A stretch of 32,000 nucleotides of DNA from Pseudoalteromonas tetraodonis (lineage in GTDB: Bacteria; Pseudomonadota; Gammaproteobacteria; Enterobacterales; Alteromonadaceae). Below are positions 19,821 through 28,056 of the stretch, in pieces. The stretch covers positions 1,770,001 to 1,802,000 of the forward strand of contig NZ_CP011041.1 of the NCBI RefSeq assembly GCF_002310835.1, in the 5' to 3' direction. The position numbers and the translations under genes are program-made. The notes below the pieces were generated by a model. The model searched no databases. It saw only the letters and a list, made by a program, of their open reading frames with translations, and was not told the origin of the DNA. Each line of letters opens with the position of its first letter. The first letter of the stretch is position 1.

Positions 19821-19905
19821 TTAAAAGCGATTTAGGCAAGGCATTGATTGCAAACAATAGTCGTTCTATTGCTAAAACCAATAACGCAGTATAAATCGCT
19901 TTTAA
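19821..19905. repeat. 14-bp perfect inverted repeat (TTAAAAGCGATTTA / TAAATCGCTTTTAA) enclosing 57 nt with an inner hairpin
   Basis: Arms at 19821..19834 and 19892..19905. Inner stem CAATAG(19855..19860)-TCGTT-CTATTG(19866..19871). Non-coding, in the seqA-ybfF intergenic region. Confidence 0.7.
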
Positions 19906-19918
19906 ACCAACCCTCTGG

Positions 19919-20014
19919 GCGTTTCACAGGAACTTACTCTCATCGTTGTTAATTTTTAAAAGGGATCACCATTGTTGCAAACTAACGCCTTGATATTAAG
20001 CCCCGGTGAAACGC
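19919..20014. repeat. 9-bp perfect inverted repeat GCGTTTCAC / GTGAAACGC separated by 78 nt
   Basis: Arms at 19919..19927 and 20006..20014. Directly follows the first inverted-repeat element. Confidence 0.55.
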
Positions 20015-20037
20015 TGAATTCTGTATCTTGTGATGGT

Positions 20038-20076
20038 TTGGGTATATACCCAATCCAGTTAGAAATGCGAGTTACA
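20038..20076 (+). repeat. Perfect 16-bp palindrome TTGGGTATATACCCAA (20038..20053) overlapping copy B of the bipartite direct repeat (20045..20076)
   Basis: The palindrome was read directly. Copy B is TATACCCAATCCAGTTAGAAATGCGAGTTACA. It lies about 175 bp upstream of the ybfF ATG. Confidence 0.65.
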
Positions 20077-20227
20077 ACCCACGCGACTCTAAACATAGTA
20101 GTAATTAATAATGACCAAATAATCAGGAAGCTAGGTATTTTTGAGTCCAACATACAAATAATATCTGTATTTTTTGCTTTTTAGGGTAATGCTCGGCAAA
20201 CTATGCGCAAAATTGAAGGAGGCGTCT

Positions 20228-20995
20228 ATGCAATTAAATTACAAACAAATTGGTCAAGGTCCAAATGTTATTTTGATCCATGGACTGTTTGGCTCTTTAG
20301 AAAACCTTAATGTGATTGCAAAACCATTAAGCGAGCATTTTTGTGTAACCAACGTTGATTTACGTAATCATGGCCTTTCGCCCCACAGCGATGAAATGGA
20401 TTATACTGCAATGGCTAATGATGTTGTTGAATTAATGACGGCATTAAACATACAAAAAGCGCATCTGGTTGGGCACTCTATGGGCGGCAAAGTGGCGATG
20501 CAAATAGCACTGAGCCATACTGATTTAGTCGATAAACTAGTGGTTCTTGATATTGCGCCTGTGAGCTACCCTGCGCGCCATACTCAAATACTTGAGGCTT
20601 TAAATGCAGTTAAAAATGCAGATATTAGTGATAGAAAGCAAGCTGATTTAGTAATGCAACCGTATATAGAGGAGTTAGGTGTACGTCAGTTTTTATTAAA
20701 AAGCTTATATAAAAATGATGATGGGCACTTTGTTTGGCGCTTTAATTTACCTGTGCTCGATAATAAATATTCAACTATTACCGCAAACATTAATGCAAAT
20801 AATTCTTGTTTGTGCGAAACTCTGTTTATTAAAGGTAATGACTCTGACTACATTTTAACCGAGCATCGCGAAGCGATTAATGCGCTGTTTAAAAACGTCA
20901 GTGCAATAATCATTCATGGTGCGGGTCATTGGTTACATGCCCAAAAACCACAGGCTGTAAACAAAGCAATCAATGATTTTTTAACTGCAGTTTAA
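20228..20995 (+). CDS. ybfF: Alpha/beta-hydrolase esterase YbfF
   Basis: From ATG 20228 (AAGGAGG ribosome-binding site at 20215..20221): MQLNYKQIGQGPNVILIHGLFGSLENLNV... matches the E. coli YbfF pattern (VLVHGLFGSLDNLGV). Nucleophile elbow GHSMGG. The ORF-track start at 20174 is upstream of the ribosome-binding site. Confidence 0.88.
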   Translation: MQLNYKQIGQGPNVILIHGLFGSLENLNVIAKPLSEHFCVTNVDLRNHGLSPHSDEMDYTAMANDVVELMTALNIQKAHLVGHSMGGKVAMQIALSHTDLVDKLVVLDIAPVSYPARHTQILEALNAVKNADISDRKQADLVMQPYIEELGVRQFLLKSLYKNDDGHFVWRFNLPVLDNKYSTITANINANNSCLCETLFIKGNDSDYILTEHREAINALFKNVSAIIIHGAGHWLHAQKPQAVNKAINDFLTAV

Positions 20996-21090
20996 TGTTA
21001 TTTTTATGGCGTGTTTTTGATTTATCACACTAAATAATTAAAGATTTATGTGCTATAGTACGCGCCGTTTAATTTAAAGGTTATACGTCG

Positions 21091-21312
21091 ATGGTCAGTC
21101 AGTTTATTAACGAATTTGATACCTTAGGGTTGTATTTTGGCTTAGCAGGTATTTTTATTTTTATCGGCTTGGCAATTAAAGACGTACTGAAAAGCGGCAA
21201 TGTGCCTAAATTTGGTCGTTATATTGTGTGGCTGGTACTCTTTTTAGGTTGCTCTGGCTTTATTGCCAAAGGACTTATTCAGGTATTTTGGCAAGGTGCG
21301 GGTGTAGGTTAA
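21091..21312 (+). CDS. Small two-TM membrane protein (resembles DUF2788 by recollection)
   Basis: 73 aa with two hydrophobic helices (LYFGLAGIFIFIGLAI, YIVWLVLFLGCSGFIA). The stop lies 2 nt before the ybfE start. Confidence 0.6.
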   Translation: MVSQFINEFDTLGLYFGLAGIFIFIGLAIKDVLKSGNVPKFGRYIVWLVLFLGCSGFIAKGLIQVFWQGAGVG

Positions 21313-21314
21313 GC

Positions 21315-21593
21315 ATGGCCAAGTCAGAAACAGATAGAACAACGCTTGATTTATTTGAATACGAGAAACGTCCAGGTAGACCTAAAACTAATCCCCTTCC
21401 TCGGGATATGCAGTTAAAGGTTAATAAACGTAATCAAATAAAAAGAGATAAGGCACGTGGTTTAAAGCGTGTTGAATTTAAAGTTTCGTCACAGCTGTAT
21501 CAGGCACTGAGTGATATGGCAGATGCACAAAATATTAGCCGCAGTGCGTTGATCGAAACAATTTTACAAGAAAGATTGGCTATTGATAGATAA
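21315..21593 (+). CDS. ybfE: YbfE-like protein (named LexA-regulated protein in E. coli; CopG/RHH-like C-terminus)
   Basis: From ATG 21315: MAKSETDRTTLDLFEYEKRPGRPKTNPLPRDMQLKVNKRNQIKRDKARGLKRVEFK... is collinear with E. coli YbfE (MAKEQTDRTTLDLFAHERRPGRPKTNPLSRDEQLRINKRNQLKRDKVRGLKRVELK). The ORF-track start at 21228 overlaps the upstream gene and is rejected. Confidence 0.88.
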   Translation: MAKSETDRTTLDLFEYEKRPGRPKTNPLPRDMQLKVNKRNQIKRDKARGLKRVEFKVSSQLYQALSDMADAQNISRSALIETILQERLAIDR

Positions 21594-21606
21594 AAGGTTT
21601 AAATCC

Positions 21607-22134
21607 ATGGCAAGTGTAGGCATTTTTTTCGGAAGTGACACAGGTAACACAGAACACGTAGCAAAAATGATCCAAAAAGAATTGGGTAAAAAGCTCGTTG
21701 CTGTGCATGACATTGCAAAAAGCTCTAAAGAAGAGATTGCTGAGTTTGATCTGATCTTATTCGGTATTCCAACTTGGTATTATGGTGAAGCACAATGTGA
21801 TTGGGATGATTTCTTTCCTGAGCTTGAAGAAGTAAGCTTTGAAGGTAAACTAGTGGCTATTTTTGGCTGTGGCGACCAAGAAGACTATGCAGAATACTTC
21901 TTAGATGCTATGGGCATGATCAACGATATCGTAACAGAACGTGGCGCTATTGTTGTTGGCCATTGGCCAACAGACAGTTATGATTTTGAAGCATCAAAAG
22001 GCATGGCTGATGACAAGCATTTTGTTGGTTTAGGTATTGATGAAGACCGTCAGCCAGAATTGACTGAGCAGCGCGTTAAGCAATGGTGTGCTCAGGTATA
22101 TGATGAAATGTGCTTAAGTGAGTTAGCAGATTAA
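21607..22134 (+). CDS. fldA: Long-chain flavodoxin
   Basis: From ATG 21607: MASVGIFFGSDTGNTEHVAKMIQ... carries the FMN phosphate-binding loop. About 175 aa. The ybfE-fldA-fur order matches E. coli. Confidence 0.93.
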   Translation: MASVGIFFGSDTGNTEHVAKMIQKELGKKLVAVHDIAKSSKEEIAEFDLILFGIPTWYYGEAQCDWDDFFPELEEVSFEGKLVAIFGCGDQEDYAEYFLDAMGMINDIVTERGAIVVGHWPTDSYDFEASKGMADDKHFVGLGIDEDRQPELTEQRVKQWCAQVYDEMCLSELAD

Positions 22135-22145
22135 TCCCCCCTTTT

Positions 22146-22184
22146 AATGCTAACTGTTTAAAATATTATCAAACAGTTAGCATT
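22146..22184 (+). terminator. Perfect 14-bp stem hairpin after fldA (partial terminator or attenuator)
   Basis: AATGCTAACTGTTT-(11 nt loop)-AAACAGTTAGCATT followed only by TT, so the U-tract is weak. Confidence 0.55.
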
Positions 22185-22315
22185 TTCCGCGTTAATATTG
22201 ATATAGATCAATTGTTCTTTGCACTTCCTGCTAAGGCACGTTATCCTAACTGTTATTGTGACGAGTACATCTTGCAAGATGTCTAGTATAACTAAATAAA
22301 ATTGAGACAGATTTA

Positions 22316-22759
22316 ATGACTGATCATAACTTGGAACTTAAAAAAGCCGGGCTAAAGGTAACTTTACCGCGTATTAAAATTTTAGAGATTCTTCAATCTC
22401 CAGATAACCAACACATAAGCGCTGAAGATGTTTACAAGGTTTTATTAGATCTAGGCGAAGAAATTGGTCTTGCGACTGTTTACCGTGTTTTAAATCAATT
22501 TGATGATGCAGGAATTGTAAGCCGTCACCACTTTGAAGGCGGTAAGTCAGTATTTGAACTTTCTGGCAGCACTCACCATGACCACTTAGTGTGTTTAAAA
22601 TGTGGCAAGGTTGTTGAGTTTGAAGATGATTTAATTGAACGTCGTCAACTTGAAATAGCTGAAGAAAACGGTATTAAGCTGACCAATCACTCTCTTTACC
22701 TATATGGCGAATGTGAAGATAAAGACGCGTGTAAAGCGTTTGCGCAAAGCAATAGTTAA
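22316..22759 (+). CDS. fur: Ferric uptake regulator
   Basis: 147 aa. LKKAGLKVTLPRIKILEIL DNA-binding N-terminus, HHDHLVCLKCGKVVEF metal site. Confidence 0.96.
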   Translation: MTDHNLELKKAGLKVTLPRIKILEILQSPDNQHISAEDVYKVLLDLGEEIGLATVYRVLNQFDDAGIVSRHHFEGGKSVFELSGSTHHDHLVCLKCGKVVEFEDDLIERRQLEIAEENGIKLTNHSLYLYGECEDKDACKAFAQSNS

Positions 22760-22778
22760 AAGCCTATTTAGTTTAATA

Positions 22779-22809
22779 AAAAAAAACCTGCGATTAAGCA
22801 GGTTTTTTT
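22779..22809 (+). terminator. Rho-independent terminator after fur
   Basis: CCTGC-GATTAA-GCAGG hairpin flanked by an A-run and T7. Confidence 0.8.
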
Positions 22810-22814
22810 ATAAC

Positions 22815-22844
22815 TAAAAAACAGAGCAATATTATTTGTGCTCT
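22815..22844 (-). terminator. Rho-independent terminator of glnS, overlapping its stop codon
   Basis: The minus-strand RNA AGAGCA-CAAATAATAT-TGCTCT is followed by GTTTTTT. Confidence 0.65.
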
Positions 22845-24496
22845 ATTTTAGCCCACGAATCACGTAAGCCTACCGTTTGGTTAAATACCACGTTTTCTGA
22901 TTTAGTATCACGTGAGAAATAACCGGTACGCTCAAACTGAAAACCTTGTGCTGGTACAGAATTAGCCAATGAAGGTTCAAGTTTAGCATTAGAAATAACC
23001 ACTAATGAGTCTGGGTTTAACGTGCTTTCAAAGTCCTCTGCGGCTGCAGGGTTAGGCACACTGAATAAACGGTCATATAAACGTACTTCAGCTGTCACTG
23101 ACCCAGGCGCAGATACCCAATGAATAACCCCTTTTACTTTACGACCATCGCTTGGATTTTTACCCAATGTTTCAGGATCGTAAGTACAGTAAATAGTTGT
23201 AATTTCACCATTGTCGTCTTTTTCAACACGCTCTGCCTTAATCACATAAGCACCACGTAAGCGTACTTCTTTATCAAGCACTAAACGTTTAAACTTATTG
23301 TTCGCTTCTTCACGGAAATCTTCGCGTTCGATAAAAATTTCACGCGTGAAAGGCACTTCACGGCGACCCATTTCTTCTTTATTTGGGTGATTAGCCACAG
23401 AAAGCGTTTCTACTTTATCGGCTTCATAATTCTCAATCACAATTTTCACTGGATCAAGTACAGCCATTGCACGCGGAGCATTTTCGTTTAAGTCATCACG
23501 GATACACGCTTCAAGCATGCCCATTTCAACCATATTTTCCTGCTTAGTAATACCGATACGCTGACAGAATTCACGTACAGATGCCGGTGTATAACCACGA
23601 CGACGCAGACCCGCAATGGTTGGCATACGCGGATCATCCCACCCTTCTACGTGCTTATTAACCACTAAGTCATTAAGCTTACGCTTTGACATAATTGTGT
23701 ATTCAAGGTTTAAACGTGAAAACTCAATTTGTTGCGGGTGACATTCAAGGCTGATGTTATCCAATACCCAGTCATATAAACGACGGTTATCTTGGAACTC
23801 TAGCGTACATAATGAATGAGTAATGCCTTCAAGTGCATCAGAAATACAATGCGTGAAGTCGTACATTGGGTAAATGCACCACTTATCCGCTGTTTGATGA
23901 TGATTAGCAAAACGTATACGGTATATAATTGGATCGCGCAGCACCATAAATGAGCTGGCCATATCTATTTTAGCGCGAAGGACACATTCACCTTCTTTAA
24001 ATTCACCGTTACGCATTTTTTCAAATAATGCGAGGTTTTCTTCAGGTGATGTTTCGCGGTATGGGCTGTTTTTACCAGGCTCTTTTAATGTACCACGGTA
24101 TTCGCGAGCTTGATCTGCAGTTAAGAAACAAACATACGCTAAGCCTTTATTGATAAGCTCTACCGCATAACCATAAAGCAGATCAAAATAGTTTGACGAA
24201 TACTTAATCTCACCATCCCAATTAAACCCTAACCACTGTACGTCTTCTTTAATTGAATTAACGTAGTTAATATCTTCTTTTTCTGGGTTTGTATCGTCAA
24301 AACGAAGGTTACATAAACCGTTATAGTCTTTGGCGATACCAAAATTTAAGCAAATTGATTTTGCATGGCCAATATGTAAAAAGCCATTAGGTTCAGGTGG
24401 AAAACGGGTATGCGTTGTGGCATGTTTTCCACTTGCTAAATCTTCATCAATTCGGGTTCTAATAAAGTTATTTGGGCGATTCTCGATTTCCGCCAT
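22832..24496 (-). CDS. glnS: Glutaminyl-tRNA synthetase
   Basis: 554 aa. Class I HIGH motif [14 protein letters not shown] and the KMSKS-type motif IMSKRKL. Confidence 0.97.
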   Translation of the reverse strand: MAEIENRPNNFIRTRIDEDLASGKHATTHTRFPPEPNGFLHIGHAKSICLNFGIAKDYNGLCNLRFDDTNPEKEDINYVNSIKEDVQWLGFNWDGEIKYSSNYFDLLYGYAVELINKGLAYVCFLTADQAREYRGTLKEPGKNSPYRETSPEENLALFEKMRNGEFKEGECVLRAKIDMASSFMVLRDPIIYRIRFANHHQTADKWCIYPMYDFTHCISDALEGITHSLCTLEFQDNRRLYDWVLDNISLECHPQQIEFSRLNLEYTIMSKRKLNDLVVNKHVEGWDDPRMPTIAGLRRRGYTPASVREFCQRIGITKQENMVEMGMLEACIRDDLNENAPRAMAVLDPVKIVIENYEADKVETLSVANHPNKEEMGRREVPFTREIFIEREDFREEANNKFKRLVLDKEVRLRGAYVIKAERVEKDDNGEITTIYCTYDPETLGKNPSDGRKVKGVIHWVSAPGSVTAEVRLYDRLFSVPNPAAAEDFESTLNPDSLVVISNAKLEPSLANSVPAQGFQFERTGYFSRDTKSENVVFNQTVGLRDSWAKIEHK

Positions 24497-24710
24497 AGGA
24501 TTATAAACCTCTGTATATTGCGTGATAACAAAACTACTGCATTATTACAAAAACCAACCTTAACATACAGTAATAGATGCGGGTTTATGCAGTTATTACC
24601 AAAGTTTGTTAGATAAGGGATAGTTTATGAGCAAAATTTGTTTTAGCGCAATATTAAAGTCATTAAAGCGATTTATAGTAAACGAATAACCCCAACTTAA
24701 AGGAACGAAG

Positions 24711-25781
24711 ATGGCCTCATTAAATCAACACCGCATATATATTCCAAGTAATGCACGTGCAAATCATTACTTATTAGCCGAAATTACACCTAATGAAGAT
24801 TTTTATAAAAACTTCAGTAATATTAATGCTTGCTATGAACGAATTGCGCGTCAGTTATTTGCATCATGTGATGAATATGAACTGCATAATGTCCATTTAC
24901 TCGCAAATGATAAACTCCCAGTGGTGAGATTTCATGATGAGTCTTACCAACTTGAAACCGATAAGCAAATGTTGTTTTTTTATAACCCTCGTTACCATGA
25001 AGCGCATAAACTTCATCACACAGAAAATCAGCAAAGTAAAAAAATACGCCTATTGTTTTTAGCTACTGGTGAAGATATACGTGCCCACTCTGCGCAATTT
25101 CATACCAATGTACAAAAAGTATTGAGTCATTTACAAGATCAGTTATTCTTAGACCAGCCAAGCTTTAAGCTGCGCGATCATCAACATTTAACCTATGATT
25201 TATTCGCTAAAGAAAAAGGTAATAAAGAAAGCTATGGATATAAACTAAGAAGTTTATACCCTCGTTATCAATCCAGACAATGCGCAATACCTAGTAGCCA
25301 TGCTGAAATGACTTACGTCACCTTCTCTATTCCCGTGTCACGTAATATTAAAACGCAATTTCAAACACAAATTAATAGCCATACTTATAAACCGTTTTAT
25401 AACCACTTTTTGCAGTTATTTACTCAACTTTGTGAAGATAATAAACTCACCCATGCAGCGATGGTTGCCAATGGGGCAATGCCAATAATTCGTAATAGTG
25501 AAGTAGATAGAAATGAGGGAAATGGTGAGTTACAAAAAATTAGTTTTGATATAGAAGATTCAGCGCCGCAATTAAAAGTATTTTTTGATGAAAATAAACT
25601 CGTAGAGACGCTACATTTTGTGATTGTTGCCGCCGCACATAACAAACATGAGATTGGCTATGGTCGCTTTATGAACCAAGTAGAGAAAACCGTTCATGCA
25701 TTCTGTGATGAATTAGCTATTAATAAGCAGCGCCAAGATTTATCTCTGCGATTTTTTCAACATATTAGTTACCCGTTTTAA
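24711..25781 (+). CDS. Hypothetical cytoplasmic protein made of two homologous ~150-aa repeats; function unknown
   Basis: 356-aa ORF with AAAGGAACGAAG upstream of the ATG. No signal peptide or TM segment. Internal duplication: residues ~31-145 align with ~229-335 (FYxxF...QLFxxC[DE]xxxLxHxxxxANxxxPxxR...FF...LxFxxxA...FxxxV[QE]KxxxxxxD[QE]L). No catalytic motif that I recognise. Confidence 0.7.
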   Translation: MASLNQHRIYIPSNARANHYLLAEITPNEDFYKNFSNINACYERIARQLFASCDEYELHNVHLLANDKLPVVRFHDESYQLETDKQMLFFYNPRYHEAHKLHHTENQQSKKIRLLFLATGEDIRAHSAQFHTNVQKVLSHLQDQLFLDQPSFKLRDHQHLTYDLFAKEKGNKESYGYKLRSLYPRYQSRQCAIPSSHAEMTYVTFSIPVSRNIKTQFQTQINSHTYKPFYNHFLQLFTQLCEDNKLTHAAMVANGAMPIIRNSEVDRNEGNGELQKISFDIEDSAPQLKVFFDENKLVETLHFVIVAAAHNKHEIGYGRFMNQVEKTVHAFCDELAINKQRQDLSLRFFQHISYPF

Positions 25782-25814
25782 GATTAAGGGCAATACGCTC
25801 TAGCCATACATAAC

Positions 25815-25843
25815 AAAAAGGCTCGCAATTGCGAGCCTTTTTT
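25815..25843. terminator. Bidirectional terminator shared by the hypothetical gene and sucD
   Basis: GGCTCGC-AATT-GCGAGCC hairpin flanked by A5 and T6. Confidence 0.85.
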
Positions 25844-25859
25844 AAAGAATAACCGCTGA

Positions 25860-26732
25860 TTACCAGCCTGTTTTTTCTTTAAGTGCTTTACCGATATCAG
25901 CCAGTGAACGTACAGTTTTTACGCCCGCAGCTTCTAATGCAGCAAATTTCTCATCAGCAGTACCTTTACCGCCTGCGATGATTGCGCCAGCGTGACCCAT
26001 ACGCTTACCTTCTGGTGCAGTAACACCAGCAATGTAAGAAACAACAGGTTTAGTTACGTTAGCTTTGATGTACTCTGCAGCTTCTTCTTCTGCAGTACCA
26101 CCAATTTCACCAATCATTACGATTGCTTCAGTTTGGTCGTCTTTTTCGAACATTTCTAAAACGTCGATAAAGTTAGTACCTGGGATTGGGTCACCACCAA
26201 TACCAACACACGTAGACTGACCAAAACCAGCATCTGTAGTTTGCTTAACCGCTTCGTACGTTAAAGTACCAGAGCGAGAAACAATACCTACTTTACCAGG
26301 CTTGTGGATGTGACCAGGCATGATACCAATCTTAGTCTCACCAGGAGTGATAACACCTGGACAGTTAGGACCGATCATACGTGTACCTGTTTGATCTAGT
26401 TTAACTTTAACGTCAACCATATCAAGTGTAGGAATACCTTCAGTGATACAAACAATTAGCTCGATGCCCGCATCGATTGCTTCTAAGATTGCATCTTTAC
26501 AAAAAGGTGCTGGTACGTAGATAACTGATGCAGTTGCGCCAGTTGCTTCTACAGCGTCACGTACTGTGTTAAATACTGGAAGACCAAGGTGCGTTTGACC
26601 GCCTTTACCTGGGCTTACACCACCAACCATTTGTGTACCGTACTCAAGCGCTTGCTCTGAGTGGAAAGTACCTTGACCACCAGTGAAACCTTGACAGATA
26701 ACTTTTGTATCTTTATTGATTAATACAGACAT
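25860..26732 (-). CDS. sucD: Succinyl-CoA synthetase alpha subunit
   Basis: 290 aa. [25 protein letters not shown]-terminus, phosphohistidine loop MGHAGAII. The start overlaps the sucC stop (TAATG). Confidence 0.97.
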   Translation of the reverse strand: MSVLINKDTKVICQGFTGGQGTFHSEQALEYGTQMVGGVSPGKGGQTHLGLPVFNTVRDAVEATGATASVIYVPAPFCKDAILEAIDAGIELIVCITEGIPTLDMVDVKVKLDQTGTRMIGPNCPGVITPGETKIGIMPGHIHKPGKVGIVSRSGTLTYEAVKQTTDAGFGQSTCVGIGGDPIPGTNFIDVLEMFEKDDQTEAIVMIGEIGGTAEEEAAEYIKANVTKPVVSYIAGVTAPEGKRMGHAGAIIAGGKGTADEKFAALEAAGVKTVRSLADIGKALKEKTGW

Positions 26733-27898
26733 TATTTGCCCTCCGCAGCAGCAACAACTTTTTCAGCCGCGTCTGTTAATGATTCAGCAGCGATGATGTT
26801 TAGATCAGACTTAGCAAGTACTTCACGACCTAGTTCAGCATTAGTACCTTCTAAACGTACAACTACTGGTACTGTTACACCTACTTCTTTAACTGCGCCA
26901 ATGATGCCTTCTGCAATCATGTCACAACGAACGATACCGCCGAAGATGTTAACTAAAACAGCTTTAACGTTGTCATCTGAAAGGATAATTTTGAATGCTT
27001 CAGATACACGTTCTTTCGTTGCGCCGCCACCAACATCTAGGAAGTTAGCTGGCTTGCCACCGTGTAGGTTTACGATGTCCATAGTACCCATTGCTAGGCC
27101 TGCACCGTTAACCATACAACCTACATTACCATCAAGGGCTACGTAGTTAAGCTCGAAGCTTGCTGCGTGAGCTTCACGCGCATCTTCTTGAGATGGATCG
27201 TGCATTTCACGGATTTTAGGTTGACGGTAAAGTGCATTACCATCGATACCGATTTTACCATCTAGACAGTGAAGGTTACCTTCATCTGTGATTACTAGCG
27301 GGTTGATTTCAAGTAATGCGAAATCGAAATCGTTGAACATATTACCAAGACCCATGAAGATCTTAACAAACTGTTTCATTTGCGTTGGGTTAAGACCCAA
27401 TTTAAAACCAAGCTCACGTGCTTGGTAAGCTTGAGGACCTACTAATGGATCGATCTCAGCTTTGTGGATAAGTTCTGGTGTTTCTTCAGCAACAGTTTCA
27501 ATTTCAACGCCGCCTTCAGTAGACGCCATGAACACAACTTTACGAGAAGCACGGTCAACAACAGCACCTAGGTACAGTTCGTTAGCGATGTCAGTACAGC
27601 TTTCTACTAAAATTTTAGCAACTGGCTGGCCTTTCTCGTCTGTTTGGTAAGTAACTAGGTTTTTACCTAACCAGTTAGCTGCAAACGCTTTAACTTCGTC
27701 GATAGTTTTAACTAGCTTTACACCGCCAGCTTTACCACGTCCACCTGCGTGAACCTGAGTTTTAACAACCCACATATCGCCGCCAATCTTTTCAGCAGCT
27801 GCTGCAGCTTCTTCAGGTGTATCGCAAGCGAAACCTTGAGAAACTGGTAAACCATATTCGGCAAAAAGTTGTTTTGCCTGATACTCATGCAAATTCAT
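26732..27898 (-). CDS. sucC: Succinyl-CoA synthetase beta subunit
   Basis: 388 aa. [20 protein letters not shown]-terminus with an ATP-grasp fold. Confidence 0.97.
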   Translation of the reverse strand: MNLHEYQAKQLFAEYGLPVSQGFACDTPEEAAAAAEKIGGDMWVVKTQVHAGGRGKAGGVKLVKTIDEVKAFAANWLGKNLVTYQTDEKGQPVAKILVESCTDIANELYLGAVVDRASRKVVFMASTEGGVEIETVAEETPELIHKAEIDPLVGPQAYQARELGFKLGLNPTQMKQFVKIFMGLGNMFNDFDFALLEINPLVITDEGNLHCLDGKIGIDGNALYRQPKIREMHDPSQEDAREAHAASFELNYVALDGNVGCMVNGAGLAMGTMDIVNLHGGKPANFLDVGGGATKERVSEAFKIILSDDNVKAVLVNIFGGIVRCDMIAEGIIGAVKEVGVTVPVVVRLEGTNAELGREVLAKSDLNIIAAESLTDAAEKVVAAAEGK

Positions 27899-27918
27899 GA
27901 TGCTTTATCCAATTTTTT

Positions 27919-27946
27919 ATATTAAAAGAGTTGAATATTTATGCAA
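27919..27946 (-). promoter_or_regulatory. Candidate sigma70 promoter for sucCD: TTGCAT-N16-TAATAT (minus strand)
   Basis: The minus strand reads TTGCATaaatattcaactctttTAATAT, about 20 nt upstream of the sucC ATG and downstream of the sucB terminator. Pattern match only. Confidence 0.35.
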
Positions 27947-28023
27947 ATAAACAACTATCCCAAATTGCGTGCCTAGTATAGATCTCATGGCGCTACATGA
28001 AAACCCCAGTATGACCATAGGCA

Positions 28024-28056
28024 CAAAAAAAAAGCTGTGATTTTAACTCACAGCTT
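28024..28056 (-). terminator. Strong rho-independent terminator between sucB and sucC
   Basis: The minus-strand RNA AGCUGUGA-GUUAAAA-UCACAGCU is followed by U9. It begins 19 nt after the sucB stop. Confidence 0.8.

Noticed and set aside
19956-20184. Two mutually antisense small ORFs in the seqA-ybfF spacer (65 aa minus strand with one hydrophobic segment; 70 aa plus strand starting at TTG). I briefly considered a type I toxin/antisense pair.
   Set aside because: Neither has a Shine-Dalgarno sequence and both cannot be real. The plus-strand ORF uses TTG and runs into the ybfF ribosome-binding site. The region is better explained by the repeats and palindromes. The minus-strand ORF cannot be fully excluded without ribosome profiling.
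21228-21314. Extended starts offered by the ORF track: 21228 for ybfE, 21583 (TTG) for fldA, 20174 for ybfF, 19762 (GTG) for seqA, 3735 (TTG) for trmO
   Set aside because: Alignment of the N-termini with the E. coli homologues that I recall, and the positions of the ribosome-binding sites, favour the internal ATGs. The extensions overlap upstream genes or add non-conserved residues.
24663-24678. TTAAAGCGATTTATAG upstream of the hypothetical gene resembles the arms of the 19821..19905 inverted repeat (TTAAAAGCGATTTAGG)
   Set aside because: Only about a 10-mer is shared, with an indel, in AT-rich DNA. There is no partner arm nearby, so it is likely chance. It is worth including as a query if the repeat family is searched genome-wide.
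25815-25862. Possible SdhX-like sRNA derived from the sucD 3' UTR, as in E. coli
   Set aside because: The 3' UTR here is only about 15 nt plus the terminator hairpin. I see no sequence I can equate with the SdhX seed. It cannot be judged without transcript data or covariance-model searches.
26736-27146. Long antisense ORFs inside sucC, sucB and sucA (26736..27146, 27462..27650, 28244..28498, 28589..28840, 28883..29077, 29423..29746) with Ala/Ser/Pro/Thr-rich products
   Set aside because: They are shadow frames opposite highly expressed, codon-biased genes. They have low-complexity composition and no ribosome-binding sites, and the sense-strand products are unambiguous Suc proteins.
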